From NCBI RefSeq assembly GCF_001949145.1, contig NW_019091362.1:2964204-3028203 (forward strand): DNA of 64,000 bases, written 5' to 3'. Positions 1 to 11,325 of the stretch are shown here, piece by piece. Position 1 is the stretch's first letter, and each line of letters opens with the position of its first letter. The notes under the pieces were generated by a model, which was not told the DNA's origin, did no database searches, and saw only the letters and a program-made list of their open reading frames with translations. Made by a program: the position numbers and the translations under genes. The stretch is from Acanthaster planci. Lineage: Eukaryota.

Positions 1-1008
1 AGACAAATGACACTGCGTTTGATTTGAATGCTTCCATATTTTATTTGAACAGACAAAATCAGAGAAAACATGTTTTCCTTAGAGGTGCTCTTTAAAGGTT
101 TGGAATTTCTTTAATGGAAAGGCAAGGCTATGGCGATGTGCAACAGTATCACTGCACAATCCACCCATGAGCCGAGATACTAGTTTCGTTTTGAAGGTAC
201 CTGTTGGTCTTTTCTGATTTCATTAGCCTATTTACAATATAATATCCGGATCTCCTGCAGCTTTTATGAACAAAATAAGTTGGTCACATTTTCCTTCAGG
301 GAAAAAACCAATCTTGACTGGATATGTAAATAATACAACATGTTGTTGCAAGAAAGTGTTGGATGGTGTTTTTGTGATAATTATTGCAGACAAGATAATT
401 ACTGCTGGCGTTGTACTTTGAAGGCCAATCTATCTTTTATCCATCATTTACATTTTTAGACAAAATGAACCAAGCAAATGGGCTACGGAATATAATAATA
501 TACTGAAAGCATCCTGCTTATTTGTAAATATTTAACAGTCAACTTCAAAACCTTTCGCTGACCTTGTCAAGATCATTTCAGGATCACTTTTCAAATTAAG
601 AGCACCGATTTTTTAATCATACTTTCAAATTAAACAATTAAAACTGTTTTCTAAGTTGATGTCTTTCATCGAGCCCGTTGGACTTAACTGAAGTATGGCA
701 TTCTTTATAAAAGCAGTAATTTAAAGGCCCCGCAAAGGTCTTGACAAATTATTTATGAAATATTGTCTGGAAATTGAGGACTGTTCAGCATTATGAGAAT
801 TTCTGGACTCTGCGATCGGTTACGATGAGGAATGAACCGATTCAGTATTCCAACAGAACATGCTCAAAACGAAGTAAGTCCGAGGTCATTCAGATGCATA
901 TAAGAGGTCTGTCCTATCAGTGCTGCCCAACGAGGACTTACATGTATGCTTTGCTCTCGAATGACTTGGCTTTTCTGGAACACCAGATTGGCTCATTTGA
1001 AGGCCTAC

Positions 1009-1181
1009 CTGACTGTCTTATCGTCTGACGCGCTAATCAGCTTCTTGTCATCGCTGCACCACAGCGCACAGCGGATGTTAGCTGTGTGGGCGGGAATCTC
1101 CACTGGCTCCGCCTCCACCTTGGCAAGGTCAAAGATCCTGAGTTTCTTCTCGTTGCTTCCCGTGAGTAGCCTGCCGGTGTC
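1009..1181 (-). CDS. STRAP: STRAP coding exon 4; gene probably continues beyond the left edge
   Basis: Acceptor tcattgcag, donor GTAGGC, 173 nt. Encodes DTGRLLTGSNEKKLRIFDLAKVEAEPVEIPAHTANIRCALWCSDDKKLISASDDKTVR (WD40). No further exon recognised in 1-1008. Confidence 0.95.
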
Positions 1182-1344
1182 CTGCAATGATTAAGGAAGT
1201 AAGATGTTTTTTAGGAATGTTAGTAGGCCCGACAATCAGAACTAATACTAATGTATGTTCTTTGATTGGGTTTCTGGATGGAAGTGCTCTATAGTACCTG
1301 TGTTGTTATTAACAGGTTCAATATATTTCTGGAAGTGCATGAAG

Positions 1345-1451
1345 AATACGGGTGATTCACAATAGTGCGCCACCAAGAGTTTGCAACACGGCCCATCAAA
1401 ACGCCCGAAATTTGTCAACCCTTTCCAAACGCGCATTGGGTCGACAAATTT
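1345..1451 (+). mobile_element. Short MITE, truncated by the gap; same family as 36277-36402
   Basis: AATACGGGTGATTCACAATAGTGCGCCACCAAGAGTTTGCAAC... is near-identical to the start of the 36277 element. Confidence 0.8.
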
Positions 1452-1574
1452 NNNNNNNNNNNNNNNNNNNNNNNNNNNNNNNNNNNNNNNNNNNNNNNNN
1501 NNNNNNNNNNNNNNNNNNNNNNNNNNNNNNNNNNNNNNNNNNNNNNNNNNNNNNNNNNNNNNNNNNNNNNNNNN
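1452..1574. other. Assembly gap
   Basis: Run of N. Confidence 1.
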
Positions 1575-1803
1575 TCCTTTGACCAGGGCCACATTCCAGT
1601 TTTGTAAAGTAGTGCCACACACCTTCAATGGTGAAGGAGAGAGGGATGTGGGGACCACACAGGAACCTGTATTGTGCTACTGAATGCAGCCCAGGTTTCA
1701 GGTAGTGTGAAGTGGTTACACATTGGCTGTACAAACAATCTCCACTGGGAAAAGCACTACAAGCCCAGGATGTTAGTGCATCTAGGATGGAGGGCACATC
1801 AGT

Positions 1804-2268
1804 GGTCGAGTTCCGGCGGACTGTTTTTAATACGGACGTCTTATTCTCGTGCTCGAACATGACCTAAGAACACTGTTCTCAGAACAGGATCACACACCAC
1901 CTCCTTGTCAGGGTTTTACAGGAAGACACAGAAATACTTATGGGATTTTGTTTTTTTGAAGAGCTGCCAAAAACAGGATGATGGCTTACAAAGCCAAAGA
2001 CAGTGGGAAGTTTTGCAAAAATTAACATTAATATTTTTCCGTAACACAGAAATGAAATGAATGAATTCAGCCCAGTTATCCAAATGTTAACATTTGAAAA
2101 ACGTGCATGGACGCCACCATGTTGCATGTTACTTGCCACTACTACCAGCCATAACCAGTGTTATGTTCTCGGCATTCGAGCAGCTGACCCCCGAACAACA
2201 TACTGAGCTGTTCGTGAACAAACGAGAACAAGGTGCCCGAACTCAACCAGTGAGTCTCACTGTGTCTG
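1804..2268 (-). mobile_element. Diverged non-autonomous DNA element, inverted homolog of 39225-39706
   Basis: Colinear reverse-complement similarity, e.g. GAACATGACCTAAGAACACTGTTCTC vs GAGAATAGTGTTCTTGGGTCATGTTC and GGACGCCACCATGTTGCATG vs CATGCAACATGGCGGCGTCC. Confidence 0.8.
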
Positions 2269-2685
2269 GACTGGTCCAAAGAGATGCCATAAACTGCGGT
2301 GGCACTGTACGAACATGCACATTCTACAGCTGGACCCGCGCCTGCATTTGGAAAATCATGACACTCTACCAGGCAAAGAGGCATGTACCGCCCATCCAAG
2401 AGCATGGTGCCGCCGCAGTAATGGCCTCTAGTTCTGGTTGCTGAATTACACTACAGCATAGTCATGTGGGTGCCAGACACAGGGTGCTAATGGCACTCAA
2501 TTATTGGCCTGGCCTCTCTAACTGTCACCAAGCGAGGGGGTACTTGTATCTATGAACACTGCTCAACCCAGTCTCTACCTTTAGTTCTGTACATTTTGCA
2601 ACTGCCACATTGTGATACACTTACACTATTGCATTGTGCCCTCTATGATGTACTTAGTGTTTAAAAAGATTGCTGGTACAGATAG

Positions 2686-2752
2686 TCTGGGCAGAGATTT
2701 GAATTACTGATCTTCAGCTCATAAAGCGAGCTGCTAAACCACTGAGCCATGC
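2686..2752 (-). mobile_element. Degenerate tRNA-derived SINE head
   Basis: A-box TGGCTCAGTGG (2749-2739) and decayed B-box TAATTCAAATC (2706-2696). No intact cloverleaf. Confidence 0.35.
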
Positions 2753-3080
2753 AAACTGATCTGGAACAGGGTTGCTTTCCGTGACGCTTAATCCGTAGTT
2801 TTACGGAATGAAGCTCATTTATACACCTTACTGGTTGTGCTCAACAGAGGGCGCACTGCACTGCACCAGCAAAATTTGTGTATATTGTACATTGTGGAAA
2901 ATATGTGCACAACTGACCAAATGAGACTGGGTTGGTACTGCTGATATGCATGCCCTTCTATCCTCTCGCCATAAAAGCTCCAAGACAACTTTCAAGTTGT
3001 TTTGGAGCTTTGTCTCTTGGAGCTTTGTCTACAAAAGGCAGCAGGATAAAATTCAAAGCATTTGCAGGCGTTTACTGTAC

Positions 3081-3162
3081 CTTTGAGAAGTGGACTGCCT
3101 TGACGATGTGTTTGTGGGCAAAGCTGTGTAGCTCATCCCCAGAAATGGGATCCCACACTTTG
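3081..3162 (-). CDS. STRAP: STRAP coding exon 3
   Basis: Acceptor ctctccttcag, donor GTACAG, 82 nt. Encodes (A)KVWDPISGDELHSFAHKHIVKAVHFSK. Confidence 0.95.
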
Positions 3163-3489
3163 CTGAAGGAGAGGACAAATAAAACAGTGAAAATGAAGAC
3201 AGTGACGAGTAAAGATAAATACAAAGACCCTTGTTGATATAAATATTATCAATGTCACATAAACCAGAAGGTGCAAGTGACTACGAAATTGAAATTAGAA
3301 TTAATGAAAAACAGTGGATGCAGAACTTACTCTTTGGAGTTGAGGTCCTGAAATAAAACTAAACTGGTGCTTTTTTGAACTCTCTATAACTTTCCAAATT
3401 ATTCCAAATGTACTAGGAAGTTTGGGAAAGTTTTGCAGGAATAGGAGAGATACAGCACAGCCATGATTAATTTACAGGGGGCTTGGTGT

Positions 3490-3850
3490 TCCTTGAAAGT
3501 TTCCATGAAAGAATGAGTTAATGGTTCCTGCCCATCAAGAAGGTTCGGGGAAGTTCTCACAAAAGTTCAAGAACAAAGAGTGAGTCATGTTTGGGGAAGT
3601 TCTCACAAAGGTTCCAGGCACAAAGAATGAGTTCATGGGTTCCTACTGAATCAGAGGATTCAAGAAGGTTTGGAAAATTAATTTTTAATTAACATTGGTG
3701 TAAGGGAAAAACCTTTCACATCTTTGCAATACAAGTACATCTTGAAATTCTGGGAAGCTCTCACAAAAAGTTCCAAGAACAAAGAATGAGTCATTGGGTT
3801 CCTGCGCATCGGAGGATTTAAAGACGGCTCAGGGAAATTCGCACAAAAGC
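3490..3850. repeat. Degenerate tandem repeat in STRAP intron 2
   Basis: Recurring GGGAAGTTCTCACAAAAGTTCCAAGAACAAAGAATGAGTCATGGGTTCCT units. Confidence 0.75.
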
Positions 3851-4231
3851 GCCGAAAGGGTAAGGATTAGGGACCATATACAGAGTTGAATGAGGCAATC
3901 ACTGTTGACGGAGATCGACATAAGGCATAAGGCAGAAACCCCTCATTCTGCATCATGTTACTGGCTTCCCACAACAGCACCCCATGAGAAGACTCGAAGG
4001 CACGAGGAGAAAGCTATGATATATAACAAAACCACTGATTTGCCAGAACATGTTGCCTCAGTACGGCAACTTTTGAATACTGGTCAGGTTTCTGAACACT
4101 GTTGTTTTGTGTCCTGCACTGTTTGGTCACTCTCATTGTCAGACCCATATGAGGCAACCATGTTCAATATTTTTTACTGCGCAGAACTCCTAACTGCAAT
4201 TTGTGCAATTTTGAAGATGAGGGGAACCTAC

Positions 4232-4367
4232 GCTGTGAAATCTGCAGCTCCGGTGGCTGCTCGGGTGGCCTCCATGTTCAGTGTTGCACCCCAGACAGCC
4301 CCCTTGTGGCCATCAAACGTCCCCACCCAGTCACCCGTCTCTCCCTGCCGAAGCATTGGCTTGCCAT
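4232..4367 (-). CDS. STRAP: STRAP coding exon 2
   Basis: Acceptor tttattttgtcag, donor GTAGG, 136 nt. Encodes [46 protein letters not shown]; phase-compatible with exons 1 and 3. Confidence 0.96.
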
Positions 4368-4619
4368 CTGACAAAATAAACAAACAAATATTAGACAGCC
4401 CCTAAGCATGATTTCTCACACTCACAAAACAGCTATCAGTATTCGTTTGTTACATGATTTGATTGACCAGACTGTCACTTTCTTAGCGCTCCAACTGCTT
4501 GGTACGTAAAGGAGTCGGGATCAAATGCAAGTCAAAATTTGTCGATCGCGAAAATTCATGTATGCACTGTGGTGGCAAAAATTTTTGCAAACAAATGGCA
4601 ACCCGCACATAGTCTCAGG

Positions 4620-5471
4620 TAGGGCTTGAAATTAATGAGCAGAGGTAGCTAAAATGCACCCGTTTGTCTCAGAAATGCACCTGCAAATCATAATGATGGG
4701 CGCAAGTACTTACGCCCGTTTGATTCCATGTACCCGAACATTTTTACCGTTTGTTTCTACTTTTGTCATGAAAAATACCTGAACTTTTTGACTTCACTTC
4801 GGACCAGCCTTGTCACGGAACAATAACACGGTACAATTTTGTTTACGAGGTCACCGAGCGCACGCCGCAGTCCGGCATGCGATGCATGCACACACATGAA
4901 CGTACACACACGCATACCCGCGGCCAGTGTCACGATTGTATGGAACTGGCCCCTCGTTGGTAAATTCAAGCCAAACAAGTGAATTAGGCTTAGACTTTAG
5001 TTTCGTTGGTTCCAGTCAAAGCTTGAAAACGTGGTTTTGAACCATGCTCCAAAATAGCTCGAACCAGCTGCGAAACCAAAGTCTCAGCCTAATCCACAAA
5101 AATGCTCGATTTCTACAGTTCGTTCCCTTTTACATCTCTGCTCATATGCATGTTATAAAGGCCCGGTGCCCGACTTTTTGCGTAGTGTCACTAAGCACAT
5201 GTTTGAGGTTGCAGTTGGCAGCATACTCACTACTAGTTGTACGTCGCGTGCAACCCACAAAAGTAGCAACTCGATCGAGGCTTTAATATCTGCCAAAGTC
5301 TAAGCCGTAAGTTATCAGTATCATTGATTTAAACCATCCAAGGTCTTTGCTTTTTTTTCTTGAAAATATGTCTTTAATATTGTATGGCAGCTACTTGCTC
5401 CCATAAAGTGACAAATTCAGCTGTCTAGCAAGTACTTGCTCCCGTGATGATTAGCCCGATTTCCAGCCCTG
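4620..5471. mobile_element. hAT-like non-autonomous element in STRAP intron 1
   Basis: Termini TAGGGCTTGAAAT ... ATTTCCAGCCCTG, with subterminal GCAAGTACTT motifs at both ends. Confidence 0.7.
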
Positions 5472-6256
5472 CTCAGACTAAGTAGTGAATATCCTCCAAG
5501 GTGAAATTTCAGCTCGTAAAACCTGGTGGATGTCAAATGACAGGAAGTCGCCTGCGTTTCGTATATCCCAAATCAGGGCCCAGCATCGACAAAGGAGCAT
5601 ACGAAGGGCCTGGTTAGAGGGCTCAGTCATTGTCAGTGCTTGGTTACAGCAACACTGCCTTTAAACCCAGGCTTTTAACTAGGGAACTACACCACAGGGA
5701 AGGAATTCCACATACAGTCAACACTTGACCAGGTTGGGGACCAAGGCTTGATCTACATGTAGCAACACTGCGCTGTCCCTTGATCGAGCGACGATGACAT
5801 CATTCTGTTCTCATGAGATTTTGATACCGGTAGTATCAGAGATTTCCATTCTAGATACTTTTCTGGAAAACCCACATACAAATCACACAATTTGCAAATG
5901 AAATTGATGAAGAAATTTTTGCCGTTTGCCAAGTCGTCTGTTAGGACAACTCGATTGTTGAGATGTCTACACGAAATACAGCAGTTTTGCCAGTTCCAGA
6001 TCTGTGAAAATTATTCAGTCAGATTGCAGCTACAAAATATGAATGTTGAGTAGGAAAATATGTATTTGGGATCACATGGTGAGTGACATATCACTCTGTA
6101 AATATTGGTCAATTCTTATCGCTTCCACTTTAATTGATAAACCGTTCAAACATGTTGAAGTGTGAGTCAGACATCTGGCCAAAATTTCTTTTCTAGAAAT
6201 TTTCCGAGAACAAGTTTTGTACAAGAGCTTGCATTTCACCTTTTAAACAGAACTTA

Positions 6257-6896
6257 TCTGAGAATACTTCCAGAACTGTAAGGTTTAAACAAACCTTACA
6301 GACAGCAATGTAAATAGTGCATAACCGACATGGTGCTACTTCGGTTTGCATGGAATTTTTGTGCCGTTACACTGATTTTCCCCCTATAATTTCATGAGGT
6401 CTCCCGGGATACTGTATGGTATGAGATGGGAGGGGGGTTCATTTACATTCTACCATTAAAATGGTGAAATTTACAAGAATTTTCCTTATCCACACTCGTG
6501 TCCACGACTGCCTGCTTAGCTCACCCGGTCATGTCAGTTGAAAGGTCACTGTTGTCAGCAGTGTGGCAGCTTTATCAATTACAACGTGGCTCCAGTCTAT
6601 TTCTATTCAGTTTCCTCTCTCGAATGAAAGAAAATTTCACTAACTACAGCACGTCTCTTATTTCATACGTCACGTAGCCAGGTCGTTCCGTTGGATTACA
6701 CATTATACGCATTTACATTTATAATGTAAATGCACCCCCACATCCCATAACAAACTCTATCCCGGAAGACCTCATGAAATTATTGGGGGAAAATTGATGT
6801 AACAGCATAGAAATTCCATGCAAATCAAAGTAGCACCAAGTCGAATATACACTATTTATGTTGTATAAATCTTACAGATCTGGAAGTAGTCTGAGA
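6257..6896. repeat. Long inverted repeat (foldback element), arms ~6257-6449 and ~6723-6896
   Basis: GGTGCTACTTCGGTTTGCATGGAATTT / AAATTCCATGCAAATCAAAGTAGCACC and TAATTTCATGAGGTCT / AGACCTCATGAAATTA are reverse complements. Confidence 0.85.
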
Positions 6897-7409
6897 ATGT
6901 GTAACTGAAAAAGTAACACAAAGGAGGTAGGTTTTTATTTCAAGCGATCTGGAACTAGGAAAAATCCAGCGGGAAGAGTTCCACAACACCAGTAATTATT
7001 CCCTACAGTGATCTATTAGCCGTCAGAAAGCAAAAATATAATCCTGAAAAATTTAATTTAGAAGGGAAAAAACCAAGTTGTTTACTTGTATTTCAAATTT
7101 TTAAGACCAGTCTCATAGGGTCTGTGCACAGGGTGTCAAGTGGCGTCCGTATATGGAAGTTCATGGCCATGGCTAGGTCAGTGCACATGCAGGTGCAAGA
7201 TCGATAGATCACGTAAAGATCAACTAGCTGCGACCACCATTTTTATAATAGGGACCTACCTCAGACATTAGGTTTGTTAGGGACCCGCATAAATGAGCGA
7301 GGGAGATGTTAATTTATTAAGTAGGAAATTGTAATTAAAATGGTGTCTCTATGGTCAAACTGAACTGGACAGGCTAAAATTCGAAATACGTCAAATCATT
7401 TCTACCAAC

Positions 7410-7524
7410 CTTTGCAAGCACTGATGAGGAAATACCCATCGGGTGTGATTCCGCTGAAATCTAGGTGAACAACGGGCCTCGTATGTCCACTGCAGCTCAG
7501 CGGAATCTGCCTCAACGTCGCCAT
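7410..7524 (-). CDS. STRAP: STRAP/UNRIP (WD40 serine-threonine kinase receptor-associated protein), coding exon 1
   Basis: Hand translation MATLRQIPLSCSGHTRPVVHLDFSGITPDGYFLISACK matches the STRAP N-terminus (human MAMRQTPLTCSGHTRPVVDLAFSGITPYGYFLISACK). ATG at 7524-7522, GT donor at 7409-7408, phase 1. Confidence 0.96.
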
Positions 7525-7750
7525 GCTGAAAAATTGAGCGTTTGAACTTCACCAGAGGGCGGTATTCATGAATATCGTGCAGTGAAAGTAAAGAGGGCGC
7601 GCTAACCCGGAAAGATTCAGGAATCGTTTTACACTGCACTCACCGTTCTCGTGATCAAAACACGATGCTGCAGCTGTGTCCGTGAATTGTGCGACAGAAA
7701 GATTTCAATTTTTACATCGAATTTCGAGGAGTGATACCTTCCATTTTGAT
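7525..7750. promoter_or_regulatory. Shared bidirectional promoter and 5'UTRs of STRAP and TMEM9
   Basis: Only 226 bp separate the divergent ATGs (7524 minus, 7751 plus). CpG-containing; CTCF-like TCACCAGAGGGCGG at ~7549-7562. Confidence 0.75.
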
Positions 7751-7813
7751 ATGTCTTTCAATACTTTTACATTTGTACTCCTAATTGGCATCGTGTGCTT
7801 CGGTGTGACCAAG
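7751..7813 (+). CDS. TMEM9: TMEM9-family exon 1 (signal peptide)
   Basis: ATG to AAG|GTTTGT encodes hydrophobic MSFNTFTFVLLIGIVCFGVTK; phase 0 joins exon 2. Confidence 0.82.
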
Positions 7814-7952
7814 GTTTGTCATTTTCCTAACGTCAGGATATATTTTTACTAGTACTAGTCAGTGACAACCTGAGCAAGGATGGTTCATGGTGTTAGAGTG
7901 GGATTTCACTTAGCTTTACTGCTCAGCACTAGCACTTCGTAGCAGGCCTGCA

Positions 7953-7995
7953 TACCCCCAGAAGTGTGGGGTCGGACCCCGCACTTCTGGGGGTA
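7953..7995. repeat. Near-perfect 21-bp palindrome in TMEM9 intron 1
   Basis: TACCCCCAGAAGTGTGGGGTC-G-GACCCCGCACTTCTGGGGGTA, one mismatch. Confidence 0.9.
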
Positions 7996-8309
7996 AGACC
8001 TGCACTCACTAGTAATAGTATGGATTACCATGATTACTAGAAAGAGTTCCATATACGGACGCCACTTGACACTCTGTGCGCAAACCTTGTGGAACTGGTC
8101 TAAAGTGGAACTGGTCTGAAGTAAGCGGCTTGGTTTTTTTCCTTCCTAAATTGAACTTTTCTGGACATAATTTTGCTTTCTGACGGTAATAGGTCACTGT
8201 GGAGGATAGGCCTAATTACTGGCTTCTGTATGTGGAACTATTTGTTGCAAGGGTAAAAGGGGGAGTATTGGACCGATTATGGAAAACAGTCACTGCCTGC
8301 TGTAAGTGA

Positions 8310-8562
8310 CGGGGGCCAATTTCATAGAGCTGCTTACATGTAAGCACAAAATTTGCTTAAGCGTGAAAAAACCTTACTTGGTAAATCAGGTAACCAGCCA
8401 AAATTCCATGTGATGTATAGTGTTTTGATATCATAGTTAACTGTTGTTGGTTAGCATGACAATCAGATATAATTTGAGCTGGTAACCTTTGTTTATTAAG
8501 CAAAGATTTTTTACCGCTTAAGCAAATTTTGTGCTTAAGCAGCTCTACGAAATTGGCCCCTG
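8310..8562. mobile_element. MITE with long TIRs (PIF/Harbinger-like GGGCC termini)
   Basis: GGGGCCAATTTCATAGAGCTGCTT...AAGCACAAAATTTGCTTAAGCG / CGCTTAAGCAAATTTTGTGCTTAAGCAGCTCTACGAAATTGGCCCC. Confidence 0.85.
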
Positions 8563-9551
8563 ACTGCTGCATAGCATCATTGCTAACCACGAGTATGTGT
8601 TTCATCCATTAACCCCCAGTCAGACATGTCAGACGCAAGGTTTTTGCTCAGTAACCATCAAAATCTGCGTCTTGTTGAATATACCCACACTTACATGTCA
8701 GCAGATAGGCTTCGTTAGTTGGAGTATTCAACCAGAATAAAGTAAAACCAGCATGGCCCGGGGTAACTGTGCAAGTGAGATCTAGACTTAAACCAAGATT
8801 TGTGCTAAATAGCAAGCAGTTGAATTCTCCTATGGTCGAATATACTCCCACTTACCTAACACTAGTTAAATGGAACTATGTGTGGGAGTATTGATCCGTC
8901 CCTCTGAGGTGCAACAGAGTATTTAGATAATGTTCATCTTTCCTAGGGAAATCTTAGACTTTATTTCCCTCATTTTTAGTATTTATCCTGTACCATTAGT
9001 TAGAAAAGGTGATCAGCTGTTGTGATGGCCAAAAGATTGACTGATGGTGCTGCAAGATCCACTGATAGCACGTTGAATGACCAATCAGGCAGATGGACCG
9101 AATGAGCCTTTTGAGTGCATTATTGGACACTGTGTGCAAGTTTCAGCATGTGCAGCGGCTTTCAGAGCACATACATTTCACTGGCCAGTTTTTGCTTGCA
9201 TGCCTTAACCCTAACCCCTTAGGGTGTATGTAAAATCATATTGAAATCGGAGGATTTGGGACTGTTAGGGCTATTACACTTTGCAGTATACAATCACCGA
9301 GTCACAACGTTGCGCAAGTTTTGCTGTGGTGCAGAATTTTCACAATCTTTGAGCATTCACAAAAAACTTTTAAATTCACAACAAAGGCATGTGTAATGCT
9401 ACTGAGAACTCTCTTGAAGGAAGGGAAATGAAGCAAACCAAAAATTTTTCTTTTTCTTGCGATTGAAAAAGATACTGAATTGCACTGCTGTTCACCTGTT
9501 CCTACCCTTGCCCAGCTTAAATATCGCACATTTGCTTCTGTCATGCCTCAG

Positions 9552-9652
9552 GCACAGTTTGAGGACTGTCGATGCAAGTGCGTCTGTCCTGGAGATCCCA
9601 AGACCAAGCACAAAGTCAACGTGACCGTGGTCAGCGTGCCTGCCTATGAGTG
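9552..9652 (+). CDS. TMEM9: TMEM9-family exon 2
   Basis: Acceptor ttctgtcatgcctcag, donor GTAAGC. Encodes AQFEDCRCKCVCPGDPKTKHKVNVTVVSVPAYE(C), with the TMEM9 EDxRCKCxCP motif and an NVT glycosylation sequon. Confidence 0.93.
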
Positions 9653-10318
9653 GTAAGCCAACCAACTGGCTGTTTTTTTTTTCAAGAACGCTGTGGTACT
9701 TCATGTAAAACCTGTGTCTCAAGGCAACACACAAATCTTGTACCTGGAGCTTCGTCTTAGGACTTGGACTGTAGATACATGAACATGGGAACGTGCTGAA
9801 TGTATGTAGGCACAGCCATACCCCAGGAGGTCTATATTGGATAAGAGGCTGTGCTTACCTGTTACTTTTGATACTTGGAAGTGCTGGTTGGTTACGTTTT
9901 ATTGTTGGATTACTGTTACCTTTCTGTCATCTTGATATTACCATGTGATGCATGAGTATACTCCCATCTGATTGAGAGAATACACGATTGCTTACTCGTG
10001 GGTCCTACCTCTGCTGTTCACATGGGAGCAACATGCTTAAGCACAACAAAAGAGAGAGACTTGGTCAATGCCATCGGCGCCTCGTACGTGGTTCCCTTCC
10101 AAAGACTCCATGGTTTTGTACATGTTTAGATTGTGCATACTCTGCAGGCAACTCCCAGCACAGAGAAGCCCACAAAGATCAGTCTGTCAATTCAGCATTC
10201 CAGCCGCAAGAACCATTCAATTACTGGAAATATTTCTAGCAACTAGATTAAAGAAATGTCAGAATTTTATTGACTTTGTACTTGCATGAAGTTTGGTGTT
10301 TTTTGTTCTTTTCCAAAG

Positions 10319-10406
10319 CTTTTGTGAGCATATTACAGGTAGGAGCGAGCTGGAATGCCTCCGCTGTGAGTGTCGATACGAAGTCCGGTCTACCACAGTG
10401 ATCAAG
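10319..10406 (+). CDS. TMEM9: TMEM9-family exon 3
   Basis: Acceptor ttgttcttttccaaag, donor GTATGA. Encodes FCEHITGRSELECLRCECRYEVRSTTVIK (TMEM9 CLxCECRYExRSTTxIK motif). Confidence 0.94.
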
Positions 10407-10881
10407 GTATGAAATGAGGATTGAGTTGGAGGCCTGTGCCTAGTGTCAGAGGCTCTTTTTTTGAGGGAGGTATCCTTCTTGCAACCTTTACCCTCCAGAT
10501 TCCACTTTACTTTGTTTTTGGTGTCAGGAATATGTCCTTTGCTGACATCAAGTTTGATAGGGAGAGGGGACACGAATACATGTATAATGGAACATAATGT
10601 ACATAAAGGAAGGCAACCTTAGTATGGCTGTTTTCTTGGTTTAACAGTAACCTTTATTTAAAAACCCTTGTTTTGAAGTTACTACTTTGCCTCAAAGGTA
10701 AGGCCTTCAAGGAATTATGCAAACACCGTAGGTTTAAAAGATCTTTTTTGCTTTGCAACTCTAATGTTGGTTTTGTTTTTGATGGTTGGCTTTCAAATAA
10801 ATGGACAATCTGCGGTAAACATGAAGCCTTCTCTTCAAGACTGATATTCACCTCTCTGCTTGGTCACGTTTTCTCCAACAG

Positions 10882-11010
10882 ATTGTGGTCATATTTGTAC
10901 TCGTTTTGATCGCCATCTTGTTGGTGTATCTCATTGCGCTGCTGATCATGGACCCGGGCATGCTCAAGCGTAGTGAAAGTGATCGCAGACGACAAACTCA
11001 GGAAATACTT
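10882..11010 (+). CDS. TMEM9: TMEM9-family exon 4 (transmembrane helix)
   Basis: Acceptor ttttctccaacag, donor GTGAGT. Encodes IVVIFVLVLIAILLVYLIALLIMDPGMLKRSESDRRRQTQEIL, a TM segment ending in the family DP motif. Confidence 0.94.
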
Positions 11011-11325
11011 GTGAGTGGAGTGTTTGTTGTGGAGGAGATTATTGGAGGATTCCTTGTGCCCATAAAGAAAATAACTGTGATGATTTGCCCTTTACCGATG
11101 TAAACCGTAGTCAGAAAGGGGTATGGACTTTGACAGCGAACTGGTGATGATACTGGTATTGACAAACTAGAAGTAATTTATTTTGGTTGTCCCTTTTAAA
11201 AATCTCCTTTTGAATGTGGAAGAAAACGGAGATGAATTATAATAATTTGAATACACGTATTGTAGTTTATTGTAACATCTCTTTGCCATTGCTTTGTGTG
11301 TAATTTCTGTTGTTTGTCCTCACAG

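Noticed and set aside
3890..4405. 171-aa plus-strand ORF
   Set aside because: It is antisense to STRAP exon 2 and intron, with no recognisable domain.
9968..9990. GAGAATACACG resembling the 3' part of miR-137
   Set aside because: The seed does not match and there is no precursor hairpin.
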